This document shows, in pieces, positions 1 to 10,295 of a stretch of 64,000 bases of DNA. Within the stretch, counting starts at the first letter, position 1. Each line of letters starts with the position of its first letter. A model generated the notes under the pieces. It had not been told where the DNA came from and ran no database searches. It was given only the letters and a program-made list of their open reading frames with translations. The stretch is taken from NCBI GenBank assembly GCA_963816185.1, contig CAWFJJ010000025.1, positions 512,001 through 576,000 of the forward strand, given 5' to 3'. The DNA comes from Thermoanaerobaculia bacterium (lineage in GTDB: Bacteria > Acidobacteriota > Thermoanaerobaculia > UBA5066). The position numbers and the translations under genes were made by a program.

Positions 1-16
1 CAGAAAGGGAACGCCC

Positions 17-1313
17 ATGGCCAGCCATTTCGAAGACGACTCCCGCACCCTCGAAGCCCGCTGGAAGTCAGACCCGCGCTGGGAGGGCGTGATCCGCGGC
101 TATTCGGCCGCGGATGTCGTGCGGCTCCGCGGTTCCGTGAAGATCGCGTACACGCTCGCCGAGATGGGGGCCGAGCGTCTCTGGCAGCTTCTTCACCAGG
201 AAGGCTTCGTCTCCGCGCTGGGCGCGCTCACGGGCAACCAGGCGCGTCCAGCAGGTCAAGGCGGGTCTGAAGGCGATCTATCTCTCGCGGCTGGCAGGTC
301 GCCGCCGACGCGAACCTCGCGGGGCAGATGTATCCGGACCAGAGCCTGTATCCCGTGAACAGCGTGCCGGCGCGTGGTCAAGCGCATCAACCAGACGCTC
401 CAGCGCGCCGACCAGATCCACAACGCGGAAGGCGAAGAACGGCCATCACTGGTTCGCGCCGATCGTGGCCGACGCCGAGGCGGGCTTCGGCGGGCCGCTG
501 AACGCGTTCGAGCTGATGAAGGCCATGATCGAGGCCGGGAGCCGCCGGCGTCCATTTCGAGGACCAGCTCGCGTCGGAGAAGAAGTGCGGCCACATGGGC
601 GGCAAGGTGCTGGTCCCGACGTCGGCCATTCCATCCGCACGCTCGTGGCCGCGCGGCTGGCCGCCGACGTGATGCGGCGTCCCGACGCTCATCATGGCGC
701 GCACGGACGCCGAACGGCGCGCACCTCATCACGAGCGACGTCGACGAGCGGGACCGCCCCTTCCTGACCGGCGAGCGCACGCCCGAGGGCTTCTTCCGCA
801 TGCGCGGCGGGCTCGACGCGGCGATCGCGCGCGGCATCGCGTACGCGCCGTACGCCGACCTGGTGTGGTGCGAGACCGCCGAGCCGGACCTCGCCGAGGC
901 GCGCGCGGTTCGCCGAGGAGGTCCACGCGCAGCTTCCCGGGAAAGCTGCTGGCATACAACTGCTCGCCGTCCTTCAACTGGAAGAAGAAGCTGGACGACG
1001 CGACGATCGCGAAGTTCCAGCGCGAGCTCGGCGGCGATGGGCTACAGGTTCCAGTTCGTCACGCTGGCGGGCTTCCACGCGCTGAACTACGGCATGTTCG
1101 AGCTGGCACGCGCCTACAAGCGACGAGGGCATGACGGCGTACTCGCGACCTCCAGGAGCGCGAGTTCGCGAGCGAGGCCGCGGGCTACACGGCCGTGAAG
1201 CACCAGCGCGAGGTGGGCACGGGCTACTTCGACGAGGTGGCGAGCGTCATCGCGGCCGGCCACTTTCGACGGCGCGCTCCAGGACTCGACGGAGACGGCG
1301 CAGTTCGAGGGCG
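17..1313 (+). CDS. aceA: Isocitrate lyase, broken by many frameshifts (probably sequencing/assembly errors); 3' end approximate
   Basis: ICL segments across three frames: [53 protein letters not shown], catalytic [11 protein letters not shown] (~580-610), [35 protein letters not shown]. Confidence 0.9.
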
Positions 1314-2711
1314 TCAGGCCGGCGCCCTGGGCCCCAGCTTGTTGTAGGCGTCCAGCGCCGCGACCTTGTAGCACTCCGCGAACGTGGGGTAATTGAAGAC
1401 CGTCTCGACGAGGACGTCGAGCGTCCCGTGGAACGTGAGGAAGGCCTGACCGATGTGGACGAGCTCCGTCGCGGCCGTGCCGAGAATGTGAACGCCGAGG
1501 ATCTGGCGCGTCTCGCGGTGCACGAGGATCTTCAGGACCCCCGTGTCGTCGCCGAGAATCGCCCCGCGCGCGATCTCGCGGTAGTGCGCGACTCCGGTTT
1601 CGTAGGGGACGTCGTTCTTCGTGAGCTCTTCCTCGGTCTTGCCCACCATCGAGAGCTCGGGGATGGAATAGATGCCGATCGGGAAGAGGTGCGGCATCGA
1701 CGTCGTGGTGATGCCGAACGCGTGGCAGGCCGCGAGCCGGCCCTGCTCGAGCGAGGTGGACGCGAGCGCGGGGAAACCGATGATGTCGCCCGCCGCGTAG
1801 ATGTGCGCCTGCTGCGTCTGGTAGTCGGCGTTCACGACGAGACGGCCGCGGTCGTCGGCCGCGAGGCCGGCGGCCGGGAGATCGAGGTCGGCCGTCGCCC
1901 CGATGCGGCCGATCGAGTAGAGGAGGAGATCGCCGACGATTCGCTTGCCGCTCCTGAGCAGGGCGACGGCGCGGTGCGGGGCCTCGACGTGCACGTCGGT
2001 GACCTCCTCGCCGAGGCGCAGCGTGCAGTTCATGTTGCGCATCGCGTAGGAGAGGGCCTCGGCGATCTCGCCGTCCACGAAGTCGAGAAGGCGCGGCCGC
2101 TGGTCGACGAGCGTCACGCCGACGCCGAGGGCCGCGAACATCGACGCGTACTCGACGCCGATGACGCCGCTGCCGACGACGATCATGGTGCGCGGGAGGA
2201 GCTTGAGGCCGAGGATGCCGTCGGAATCCAGGATCGTCTCCCCGTCCACGGCGACCCCCGGCGGGGCCGCGGGCCGCGTGCCCGTCGCGATGACGATCTT
2301 GTCCGCGTCGACCTCGGTCGTCCCCGCCAGACCCGTCACCGCGAGCGTGTGAGGCGACGTGAACTTCGCGGCCCCGGCGATCAGCGTGACGCCGTTCCTC
2401 CTCATCTGCGCGCGGATGACCTCGATCTCGCGCTTGATGACGGCATGGCACCGAAAGAGGAGGTCCTCGGCGGTGATGTTCTCCTTCACGGAGTACGACG
2501 CGCCGTACATCCCGCGCTGCGCGAAGCCCGAGAGGTAGAGCACGGCTTCGCGGAACGTCTTCGAAGGAATCGTGCCCGTGTTGATGCACACGCCGCCCAC
2601 GACCTCGCGCTTCTCGCAGATCCCGACCTTCCTGCCGAGCTTCGCCGCCTGAACGGCCGCACGCTGCCCGGCCGGACCCGTGCCGATGACGAAAAGTTCG
2701 AACTTCTCCAT
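1314..2711 (-). CDS. sthA: Soluble pyridine nucleotide transhydrogenase
   Basis: GTGPAG FAD motif, [13 protein letters not shown] with a single Cys, [12 protein letters not shown]-terminal [14 protein letters not shown]; 465 aa. Confidence 0.92.
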   Translation of the reverse strand: MEKFELFVIGTGPAGQRAAVQAAKLGRKVGICEKREVVGGVCINTGTIPSKTFREAVLYLSGFAQRGMYGASYSVKENITAEDLLFRCHAVIKREIEVIRAQMRRNGVTLIAGAAKFTSPHTLAVTGLAGTTEVDADKIVIATGTRPAAPPGVAVDGETILDSDGILGLKLLPRTMIVVGSGVIGVEYASMFAALGVGVTLVDQRPRLLDFVDGEIAEALSYAMRNMNCTLRLGEEVTDVHVEAPHRAVALLRSGKRIVGDLLLYSIGRIGATADLDLPAAGLAADDRGRLVVNADYQTQQAHIYAAGDIIGFPALASTSLEQGRLAACHAFGITTTSMPHLFPIGIYSIPELSMVGKTEEELTKNDVPYETGVAHYREIARGAILGDDTGVLKILVHRETRQILGVHILGTAATELVHIGQAFLTFHGTLDVLVETVFNYPTFAECYKVAALDAYNKLGPRAPA

Positions 2712-2851
2712 GCCGGAGGGATTCTACGAGGCGGTGTCGGGAGCGCGTGCGACAGCCGATTCCCCTTTCGCGATGCGGATAGACTCGTGCCGAGAACCGC
2801 CGCGCCGGGATTTCGTAAGAGAAGACTCGAGAGAAGGCCCGGGAAGAACGC

Positions 2852-3955
2852 ATGCCGACGGACTGGAAGAGCCTGGCGAAGGAAACGATTCACTCCTTCG
2901 ACGCCGACGAAGTGCGCGGCATGTGGGACGTGGACTTTCGGCGGGCGACCAAGGTCTTTCTCGCCGACCACGAAGACGAGATCGCCGCGGAGAGACGCGG
3001 GTGGAAAAAGGCCCTGCGCCAGACGAATGCGGTCGTCTTCGGCCTCGCGAAGCGGCTCGCGCCGCCGCGCCGGCTCGTGTTCGCCGTCGCGCTCCTCCTG
3101 ACGATCCTCGGTGTCCTCGAGACCGTGTTCGGAAACGGCGCCGAAGGCTGGCCGTTCGCGGCCGTTTACGTGTCGGTCCTCGCGCTCGCCTTTCTCCTCG
3201 CGATGGAGCTCGTCGACAAACTGCACTTCAAGGACGAGCTCGTCATGGCGCGCGACCTCCAGGCGCAGCTCATTCCGCGTGTTCTCCCGGAGATCGGGGC
3301 GTTCGAGCTCGGGGCTTTCAACCGGATCGCGAACACGGTCGGCGGCGATCTCTACGCGTTCGAGCCTCTCGAGGACGGGCGCCTCGCGATCCTCTTCGGT
3401 GACGCCTCGGGCCACGGGATGGCGGCGGGCCTCGTCATGGCGGTCACGCACGCGGTCTTTCGCACGCAGCTTCCCGTCGATCCGTCCCCCGCCGCGATGG
3501 TCCACGCGCTGAACCGCGTCTTGTGCGAGACAGGAAACGCCCGCTCGTTCTTCGCCGGCATCTACGCGCTCCTCGAGCCGGGCGGCGACGTGACGGCGAT
3601 CGTCGCGGGCCACCCGCCCGTCCTCAAGGTGGATGTGGACGGGCGCGTCGGGGCGCGCCTCGGCACGGGCTCCTATCCGCTGGGCATCAGAAAGAAAGGC
3701 GGCTACGTGCCCGTGACGACCACCCTCGCGCCCGGTGAGTTGCTCCTTTTCCATTCCGACGGCCTCTCCGAGGCGCGCGGCCCCGGCGGGGAGGAGTTCG
3801 GCGACGCGCGCATCGAGAGCGTTGTCTTCCGCAGGGCGGGGACGCGGCCGTACGAGGTGGTCGCGGCACTCGTTCAGGACCTCGACGTCTTCATGGGCCG
3901 GGTCGCCGCGGATGACGACGTCTCGATCGCGGCGGTCAGACGCAAGAGAGCGTGA
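2852..3955 (+). CDS. Membrane-anchored PP2C/SpoIIE (RsbU-like) Ser/Thr phosphatase
   Basis: Two TM helices, then VGGDLY, GDASGHG, AGHPP, SDGLSEA, DDVS motifs. Confidence 0.9.
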   Translation: MPTDWKSLAKETIHSFDADEVRGMWDVDFRRATKVFLADHEDEIAAERRGWKKALRQTNAVVFGLAKRLAPPRRLVFAVALLLTILGVLETVFGNGAEGWPFAAVYVSVLALAFLLAMELVDKLHFKDELVMARDLQAQLIPRVLPEIGAFELGAFNRIANTVGGDLYAFEPLEDGRLAILFGDASGHGMAAGLVMAVTHAVFRTQLPVDPSPAAMVHALNRVLCETGNARSFFAGIYALLEPGGDVTAIVAGHPPVLKVDVDGRVGARLGTGSYPLGIRKKGGYVPVTTTLAPGELLLFHSDGLSEARGPGGEEFGDARIESVVFRRAGTRPYEVVAALVQDLDVFMGRVAADDDVSIAAVRRKRA

Positions 3956-4827
3956 GCGGAGATCCGGCGCCCCTCTCGCCGATTCGGGGGCGGCTTCTCG
4001 TCGTGGCGGCCGCGCTCCTGTGGTCGACGGGCGGGCTCGCGATCAAGCTCGTGCCGCTGCCGGCGCTCGGCGTCGCCTTCTGGCGGTCGTTCGTGTCGGC
4101 GCTCTTCCTCGTCGCCGTCTTCCGCCCGGCGCGCGCGCGCTGGCGGCACGCTTCGGCCTCGACGTCGCTCATCTACGCGCTCATGATCCTGAGCTTCGTC
4201 TCGGCGACGAAGATGACGACGGCCGCGAACGCGATCTTCCTCCAGTACACAGGCCCGCTCTACGTCCTCGCCTTCGCCCCGTTCCTCCTCAAGGAGCGCT
4301 TCCGGCGCGCCGACGCCGTGGCCGTGGCGATCGCGCTCTCGGGCATGTCGCTCTTCTTCGTCGGCAGGCTCGATCCGGGCGCGCTCGCTGGGAATCTCAT
4401 GGCGGTCGTCGCGGGCTTCTTCTTCGGGCTCGTGATCCTCTTCCTCAGGCGCGACGCCGCGGGAGACGCGATTCCCTCGGTCATCGCGGGGAACTTCCTC
4501 GCGGCGGCGCTCGCGTTTCCATTCGCGCTCGGCCACCTCGCGCTCGACGGGCGCGGGGTCCTCCTCATTCTCTTCCTCGGCATCGTCCAGCTGGGCGTCA
4601 GCTACGTGCTTTTCTTACGCGGACTGGCGGTCGTGCCGGCGGCGGAGGCGTCGCTCCTCGGCATGCTCGAGCCCATGTTCAACCCCCTCTGGGCTTTCCT
4701 GGGACTCGGCGAGAGGCCGTCGGCGTGGGCGCTCCTAGGCGGCGCGATCGTACTCTCGGCCGTCGCGGGCCGTACGGTTTTCGGCTGGAGAGCCGGGGAT
4801 CCCGCGCCTCTGCCATCGCCGGACTGA
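3952..4827 (+). CDS. DMT/EamA family transporter
   Basis: About 10 TM helices; ANAIFLQYTGPLYV and LEPMFNPLW motifs; GTGA overlap with the upstream gene. Confidence 0.88.
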   Translation: MSGDPAPLSPIRGRLLVVAAALLWSTGGLAIKLVPLPALGVAFWRSFVSALFLVAVFRPARARWRHASASTSLIYALMILSFVSATKMTTAANAIFLQYTGPLYVLAFAPFLLKERFRRADAVAVAIALSGMSLFFVGRLDPGALAGNLMAVVAGFFFGLVILFLRRDAAGDAIPSVIAGNFLAAALAFPFALGHLALDGRGVLLILFLGIVQLGVSYVLFLRGLAVVPAAEASLLGMLEPMFNPLWAFLGLGERPSAWALLGGAIVLSAVAGRTVFGWRAGDPAPLPSPD

Positions 4828-4837
4828 AGGAGGAGCC

Positions 4838-5389
4838 ATGCCGCGCTTCATCGCCTTTCTCCGCGCCCTGAACGTCGGCGGCCACGGCGTCGTGAAGATG
4901 GAGGCGTTGAAGAAGCACTTCACGGCGATGGGTTTCTCGGAAGTCGAGAGCTTCATCGCGAGCGGGAACGTGGTGTTTTCTTCGAAGAGTGCGAAGGGCC
5001 TCGACGGGAAGATCGAGGCGGGGCTGGCGGGGGCGCTCGGCATTGAGGTGCCCGTTTTCGTCCGCACGCTCGAGGAGCTTCTCGCGCTCGCGGGTCATCA
5101 CCCGTTCCCCGAGAAGGCAGTGACGGCGGCGCCAACGTACCTTGTGGGATTTCTTTCGAAGGATCTCGACGCCGAAGGCGTCGATCGGCTTTCGGCGCTC
5201 GAGACGAACGCAGACCGCTTCCACGTCCGCGGACGGGACTTCTGGTGGCTCTCGCGGCACGGACAGAACAAGCCCGCGATCTCGGGCCGCGCCCTCGAGA
5301 AAGCCCTCGGCCAGCCGACGACGCTGCGCAACGTGAACACGGTCCGCCGAATGGCGGAGCGGTACGGAGACAGGAAGAAGATTTCTTAG
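4838..5389 (+). CDS. DUF1697 family protein
   Basis: FIAFLRALNVGG, FIASGNVVF, TLRNVNTV; GGAG RBS. Confidence 0.85.
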   Translation: MPRFIAFLRALNVGGHGVVKMEALKKHFTAMGFSEVESFIASGNVVFSSKSAKGLDGKIEAGLAGALGIEVPVFVRTLEELLALAGHHPFPEKAVTAAPTYLVGFLSKDLDAEGVDRLSALETNADRFHVRGRDFWWLSRHGQNKPAISGRALEKALGQPTTLRNVNTVRRMAERYGDRKKIS

Positions 5390-5548
5390 ATGGAGAGAGG
5401 GCGAGTGCTGGACGCATCCGCTCCTCGTCGCGTCGACAGTCTCGCCCGCAGTCTTTACCTTCTGAGAAAATCCTCGAGGTCTGGGCGGCGATCTCGGAGG
5501 AATTCGAAACGGCGGCGTGACCGGCCCTCGAAACCCCTAGAATGACTC

Positions 5549-7750
5549 ATGCCATCCACGGTGCAAAGGGTTTTCCTTAGTCCGGGCCCCCTCCTCGTTC
5601 TCGCGCTCGCCGCCTCGCCTCTGGCTCTTTCTGCGGCGGCCCCTCCCCGCGTCATCGTCCTCGGCTTCGACGGCGCGGACCACGCGCTCGTCGCCAAGAG
5701 CGTCGCCGAGGGCCGCCTTCCGAATCTCGCGGCTCTCGCGGCGAAGGGCGGATTCACGGCGCTGACGCCCACGATTCCGGCGCAGACACCCGTGTCCTGG
5801 TCCACGTTCTCCACCGGCCTCTCGCCCGGCCGCACGCTGATCTTCGATTTCCTGAAGCGGGATCCGAAGACCTACCGCCCCGAGTTCGCGATCGAGGAAG
5901 AGGGAAAGAAGAGTTTTCTGTTCGGAAAAGGAAATCGCGTCGCCGTGCCGGCGGTGCTGGGCGCGCTGGCGTTTCTCCTCGTGTGGGGCCTGCTGAAGAT
6001 TCTTCTTAGAAGGCGCGGGGAGGCGGCAGCACGCCGCGCCGCCCGCACCGCGTCCGTGGCCCCCCTTCTTGCCGCGCTGGGGGCGGCGGCCATCTTCACT
6101 TTCATAGGAATGCGAATCTCTTCTCTTCTTCCCACGGAAATCCCCTGGCCGACCAACAACCGCCGCGGGACTCCGTTCTGGGAGGAGGCGGGGCGGAAGG
6201 GAATCTCGTCCGTGGTCATGCACGTGCCGGTGACGTTTCCCGCCGTGGATTACGACCGCGGGAGGCTGATTTCCGGGCTCGGCGTGACGGACGTGCGCGG
6301 GCGGGTCGGGACGCCGAGCTACTACACGTCGGATCCGTTCTTCGCCCCGAAGAACAAGAACGAGTTCTCGGTGGAGCTCGTGCGGCTCGAGTCGAACAAG
6401 GGCACGATCGAGACGGAGGTCTTCGGGCCGTACAACAAGCTCTTCAAGGAGCCGCCCGTCATCAAGACGCCGATGACGCTCACGGTCGCCGCCGACGGCG
6501 GCAGCCTGACCGTCGCGCCGAAGGGCTCTCGACCGCTGACCCTGAAGGTCGGCGAGTGGTCGCCGTGGGTCGTCTTCAAGTTCCCGTTCAACTCCCTCGT
6601 GAAGATGACGGGCATCGGGCGCTTCCACCTCGCGTCGCTCTCGCCCGAGATCAAGCTCTACCTCTCGCCGATTCACTTCAATCCGGCGGATCTCCCTTCT
6701 TCGGTGAAGATCACGGCGCCCGGGGCCCTCTCGAAGAAGCTCGCGGACCGCTACGGCCTTTTCAAGACGATGGGCTGGCTGATCGACACGTGGTCGATGA
6801 GCGAGGAGACGATCGACGAAAAGACGTTTCTCGAGGACGTGGACCACACGGTCGAGCCGTTCCGGAAGATGATGAACGACTTCCTCGACGACAAGGACGT
6901 GCGGCTTTTCGTCCAGATTTACGAGTTCCCCGACCGCGTCGAGCACTGCTTCTGGCGCTTTCTCGACCCGCAGCATCCCGCGTACGACGCCGCGAAAGCC
7001 GCCGTGTGGGCGCCCGCCGTGGAAAGGACCCTCGAGAAGATGGACGCGATCGTGGGCGACGCGATGAAAAAGCTGGGTCCCGAGGACATCCTGATTGTCC
7101 TGTCCGACCACGGATTCACGACGTGGCGGCGGTCGGTGAACTACAACACGTGGCTCGTCCAGAACGGCTTCATGACGCTCAAGGGCGGCGACGGCTCGCG
7201 GGCGGCCGACCTCGAGATGCTCTTCGGGCAGGGGGAGTTCTGGCCGAACGTGGACTGGACGAAGACGAAGGCCTACGCGATGGGGCTCGGCGACATCTAC
7301 ATCAACCTCAAAGGGCGCGAGGGGCAGGGGTGCGTCTCGCCTGGCGCCGAGTACGAGGCCGTGCGCGACGAGATCAGGAGAAGGCTCGTGACGCTCGTGG
7401 ATCCGAAGACTGGCCAGCGCGCCGTGTCGCGCATCTTCACGCGCGAGGAGGCCTATGGCTCGTTCGACGCCGACGTCATCCCGGACCTCATCGTGACGAA
7501 CACGGCGGGCACGCGCATCGGCTGGCAGGGCAGCCTCGGCGTCGTGTCGAAGGAGATGTTCGAGGACAACAATCAGGTCTGGTCCGGCGACCACTGCTCG
7601 CTCGACCCCGCGGTCGTCCCGGGAATCCTTTTCGCGAATCGCGCGCTTCCAACGGGTAAGCAGCCGGGAATCGCGGACGTTCCGGCCACGATCTATCACG
7701 TACTCGGGATCACGCCGCCCGCGAAGCTCGACGGGGTGCCGCTCTTCTGA
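5549..7750 (+). CDS. Alkaline phosphatase superfamily / nucleotide pyrophosphatase-phosphodiesterase, secreted, with an internal TM hairpin
   Basis: Signal peptide; VLGFDGAD, PAQTPVSWSTFSTG, LSDHGF, WSGDH motifs. Confidence 0.85.
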   Translation: MPSTVQRVFLSPGPLLVLALAASPLALSAAAPPRVIVLGFDGADHALVAKSVAEGRLPNLAALAAKGGFTALTPTIPAQTPVSWSTFSTGLSPGRTLIFDFLKRDPKTYRPEFAIEEEGKKSFLFGKGNRVAVPAVLGALAFLLVWGLLKILLRRRGEAAARRAARTASVAPLLAALGAAAIFTFIGMRISSLLPTEIPWPTNNRRGTPFWEEAGRKGISSVVMHVPVTFPAVDYDRGRLISGLGVTDVRGRVGTPSYYTSDPFFAPKNKNEFSVELVRLESNKGTIETEVFGPYNKLFKEPPVIKTPMTLTVAADGGSLTVAPKGSRPLTLKVGEWSPWVVFKFPFNSLVKMTGIGRFHLASLSPEIKLYLSPIHFNPADLPSSVKITAPGALSKKLADRYGLFKTMGWLIDTWSMSEETIDEKTFLEDVDHTVEPFRKMMNDFLDDKDVRLFVQIYEFPDRVEHCFWRFLDPQHPAYDAAKAAVWAPAVERTLEKMDAIVGDAMKKLGPEDILIVLSDHGFTTWRRSVNYNTWLVQNGFMTLKGGDGSRAADLEMLFGQGEFWPNVDWTKTKAYAMGLGDIYINLKGREGQGCVSPGAEYEAVRDEIRRRLVTLVDPKTGQRAVSRIFTREEAYGSFDADVIPDLIVTNTAGTRIGWQGSLGVVSKEMFEDNNQVWSGDHCSLDPAVVPGILFANRALPTGKQPGIADVPATIYHVLGITPPAKLDGVPLF

Positions 7751-8958
7751 GGCGTCTCGCCGCGCTCGTCGCGCTCCTCGTCCTCGCCGCCGCGACGCGC
7801 GCACAGGAGGAACCTGCTCCCGCGCCGCCCCCCGCCGCAGCCGAGACGCCTCCGCCGGTGGAGAGACCTGCGGCCTCCCTCGGCGTCGCCGAGCGGAAGG
7901 CGGAGCTCGCGGAATTGCGCCGCCGGATCACGGGGCTGAAAGAGCGCCTCGACGTGTCCACGCGCAGAGCGGAGGATCTCAAGGCGCAGATGGAAGCGGC
8001 CGAGCTCGATCTTCAGATCCAGACCGCCGAGCGCCGCGTCCTCGAGCTGAAGAAGGCCGACACGGAGCGGGAAGAGGCGCGCGCCTCCTCGGAGCGCGAC
8101 ACGGCGCAGAAGGAAGTCGGCGGGCTGCGTGACGACCTCGCGGTCCGCCTCGCGGCGCTCTATCGGATGGGCCGGCTCGGATACCTCCGGCCGCTCGCCG
8201 CAGCCGACTCCGGCGAGTCGTTCCTCGCGGGCCTCCGCATCCTGACGCATCTGGCCCGGCGCGATGCCGCCCTCCTCGAGCATTACGAGACAGCGATGAC
8301 GGCGCTTCAGGAGCGCGAGCAGGACCTCTCGGACCGGCAGAAGGAGCTCGCGGCTCTCGCGACCGAGAGCCGGAGGAAGGAGGCGGCTCTTCTGGCGGCG
8401 CGTGCCCGGCGGGCGACTCTCCTTGCGCAGCTCGAAGAGTCCTCGCAGGCGGCCCAGGTGCAGGTGACGAAGCTCGAGGACAAGTCCGAACGCCTCGCGG
8501 CCCTCCTCGAGCTGCTCGAGGGAAAGGGCCGCGCTCTGGCGCCTGGCGCGGCCTCGATTCGCAAGTACCGCGGCGCGCTCGACTGGCCGCTGAAAGGCAG
8601 GGTCGCGGTGCCTTTCGGCCGGATCGCGAATCCGAGGTTCCCGAAGACGTTCCTGCGTTCGTCGGGCTGGACGCTCGACGCGCCGCCCGGAACGTCCGTC
8701 CACGCCATCTTCTCTGGAGAAGTCGTGTACGCGCAGTGGCTGAAGGGTTATGGAAACCTCGTCGTCCTGGATCACGGCGACGGGGTGTTCACGCTCTACG
8801 GCCGGCTCGCGACGGGCACGATCGCGCGCGGCGAGCGCGCCGCGATCGGCGACCGCGTCGGCGTTCTCGGCGAGTCGCCCGAGGACGAGATCGCGGGCCT
8901 TTATTTCGAGATCCGAGACGCGCGGGCGTCGGTCGATCCGGCTTTGTGGCTACGTTAG
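7747..8958 (+). CDS. envC: Murein hydrolase activator EnvC-like (coiled coil + degenerate M23); probable CTG start
   Basis: Long coiled coil, LDWPLKG, WLKGYGNLVVLDHG, LYFEIR; frame open back to CTG 7747, which gives signal peptide LRRLAALVALLVLAAATRA. Confidence 0.8.
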   Translation: MRRLAALVALLVLAAATRAQEEPAPAPPPAAAETPPPVERPAASLGVAERKAELAELRRRITGLKERLDVSTRRAEDLKAQMEAAELDLQIQTAERRVLELKKADTEREEARASSERDTAQKEVGGLRDDLAVRLAALYRMGRLGYLRPLAAADSGESFLAGLRILTHLARRDAALLEHYETAMTALQEREQDLSDRQKELAALATESRRKEAALLAARARRATLLAQLEESSQAAQVQVTKLEDKSERLAALLELLEGKGRALAPGAASIRKYRGALDWPLKGRVAVPFGRIANPRFPKTFLRSSGWTLDAPPGTSVHAIFSGEVVYAQWLKGYGNLVVLDHGDGVFTLYGRLATGTIARGERAAIGDRVGVLGESPEDEIAGLYFEIRDARASVDPALWLR

Positions 8959-8978
8959 GGCCCGCGTATCATTCCCCG

Positions 8979-10295
8979 GTGAGCAAGACCCGCGTTCTCT
9001 CCGTCGCCGCCTCCGCATCCCTCCTCTTGGCGCTCTTCGTGGTTCTCCCCGGCATGGGCGCGGACGAGAAGAACAAGGAGGGCAAGGAATCCCCCTATCG
9101 CTCGCTCGGGCTCTTCACCGAGGTCCTCAAGCTCGTCCAGACGAATTACGTCGAGCCGGTCGAGCTGAAGCCGCTTCTTCAGGGATCCTTCTCCGGGATG
9201 ATGGAAGCGATGGATCCCTTCTCCGAGTACGTTCCGCCGAACAAGATGGCCGCGTTCTCGGCGTTCGAAGAGGCGAAGGACAAGAAGGAGATCCTCGACA
9301 CGGGGATCATCCTCGCGCGGCGCTTCGGCTTCCCGGTCGTCGTGGCGGCCGTCGCGGGCAGCCCGGCCGCCGCGGCCGGAGTCAGAAGTGACGATGTCAT
9401 CGAGAAGATCGACGGCGACCTCACGAGGAGCATGGCGCTGTGGGAGCTCGAGTCCAAGCTCTCGGGCAAGGCGGGCAGCCGCGTTCATCTCGCGGTCGTG
9501 CGTGACGGCAAGCCGCGCCATCGCACGCTCGACATCGTGCGTGCGAGCTGGACTCCGGCCTCGCCCTCGACCGAGCGCATCGACGGCGAAACGGTGATCA
9601 GGATTCCCGCGTTCGTCTCGGGCACGACGGCGGCCGTCAAGGAGATTCTGAAACCGCTGGACCGCACGCGGCCCCTCGTCATCGACCTGCGTAGCAGCGC
9701 GACCGGGTCGTTCGAGGAGGCGGCACGCACGGCGGCCCTCTTCGTGCCGGCCGGCCCCCTCGGCGAGCTCTCGGGCCGCCGGATCGAGACGAAGACGTTT
9801 CGCTCCGAGCCCGGGGAGCGCGTGCACGAGAGCCGGCTCGTCCTCCTCGTCGACAGCGGGACAGCCGGGCCGGCCGAGCTGTTCGCGGCTGCCGTGCGTG
9901 ACGCGGAGAGGCGCGACGGCCGCGCGAAGCTCGCGACCGCGGACGGAAAGAAGGTGAGCGCCGAAGACCAGGACGCGCCAGACTTTTTCGATCCCGGCGC
10001 CGACGCCTCGAAGGACACGGAGAAGGCCAAGCTCGCCGTACGCCTCGTGGGCGAGCCCACTGTCGGCATGGGATTCACGGCTCAGGTCGTGAGGCTCGCA
10101 AGCGGCGGATCCTTGAAGCTGTCGGTTGGGAAGATCCGGACGGTGGCCGGAAAGGCGCTGTGCCCCAAGGGTCTGCAACCTGACGACCGGGTTTTCCACG
10201 GTCCGGACGACCCCACGGGTCGCCTCGATCCGATTCTTCGGCGGGGTCTCAAGGTCCTGTCGGAGTCCGCCGTCCAGGCCAAAGCGGCCGCGTGA
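8979..10295 (+). CDS. S41/CtpA-like PDZ protein, catalytic residues apparently lost
   Basis: GTG start with signal anchor; NYVEPV..DPFSEY, PDZ (GSPAAAAGV..DDVIEKIDG), IDLR, LVDSGTAGPAE, LVGEPTVGMG; lies between envC and yibQ. Confidence 0.8.
   Translation: MSKTRVLSVAASASLLLALFVVLPGMGADEKNKEGKESPYRSLGLFTEVLKLVQTNYVEPVELKPLLQGSFSGMMEAMDPFSEYVPPNKMAAFSAFEEAKDKKEILDTGIILARRFGFPVVVAAVAGSPAAAAGVRSDDVIEKIDGDLTRSMALWELESKLSGKAGSRVHLAVVRDGKPRHRTLDIVRASWTPASPSTERIDGETVIRIPAFVSGTTAAVKEILKPLDRTRPLVIDLRSSATGSFEEAARTAALFVPAGPLGELSGRRIETKTFRSEPGERVHESRLVLLVDSGTAGPAELFAAAVRDAERRDGRAKLATADGKKVSAEDQDAPDFFDPGADASKDTEKAKLAVRLVGEPTVGMGFTAQVVRLASGGSLKLSVGKIRTVAGKALCPKGLQPDDRVFHGPDDPTGRLDPILRRGLKVLSESAVQAKAAA

Noticed and set aside
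5390-5520. Possible small gene or remnant ending LEVWAAISEEFETAA
   Set aside because: No convincing start or RBS and no recognisable family; cannot be supported.
8560-8958. Loss of M23 zinc ligands in the envC-like gene as a novelty
   Set aside because: A degenerate M23 site is the normal state for EnvC.
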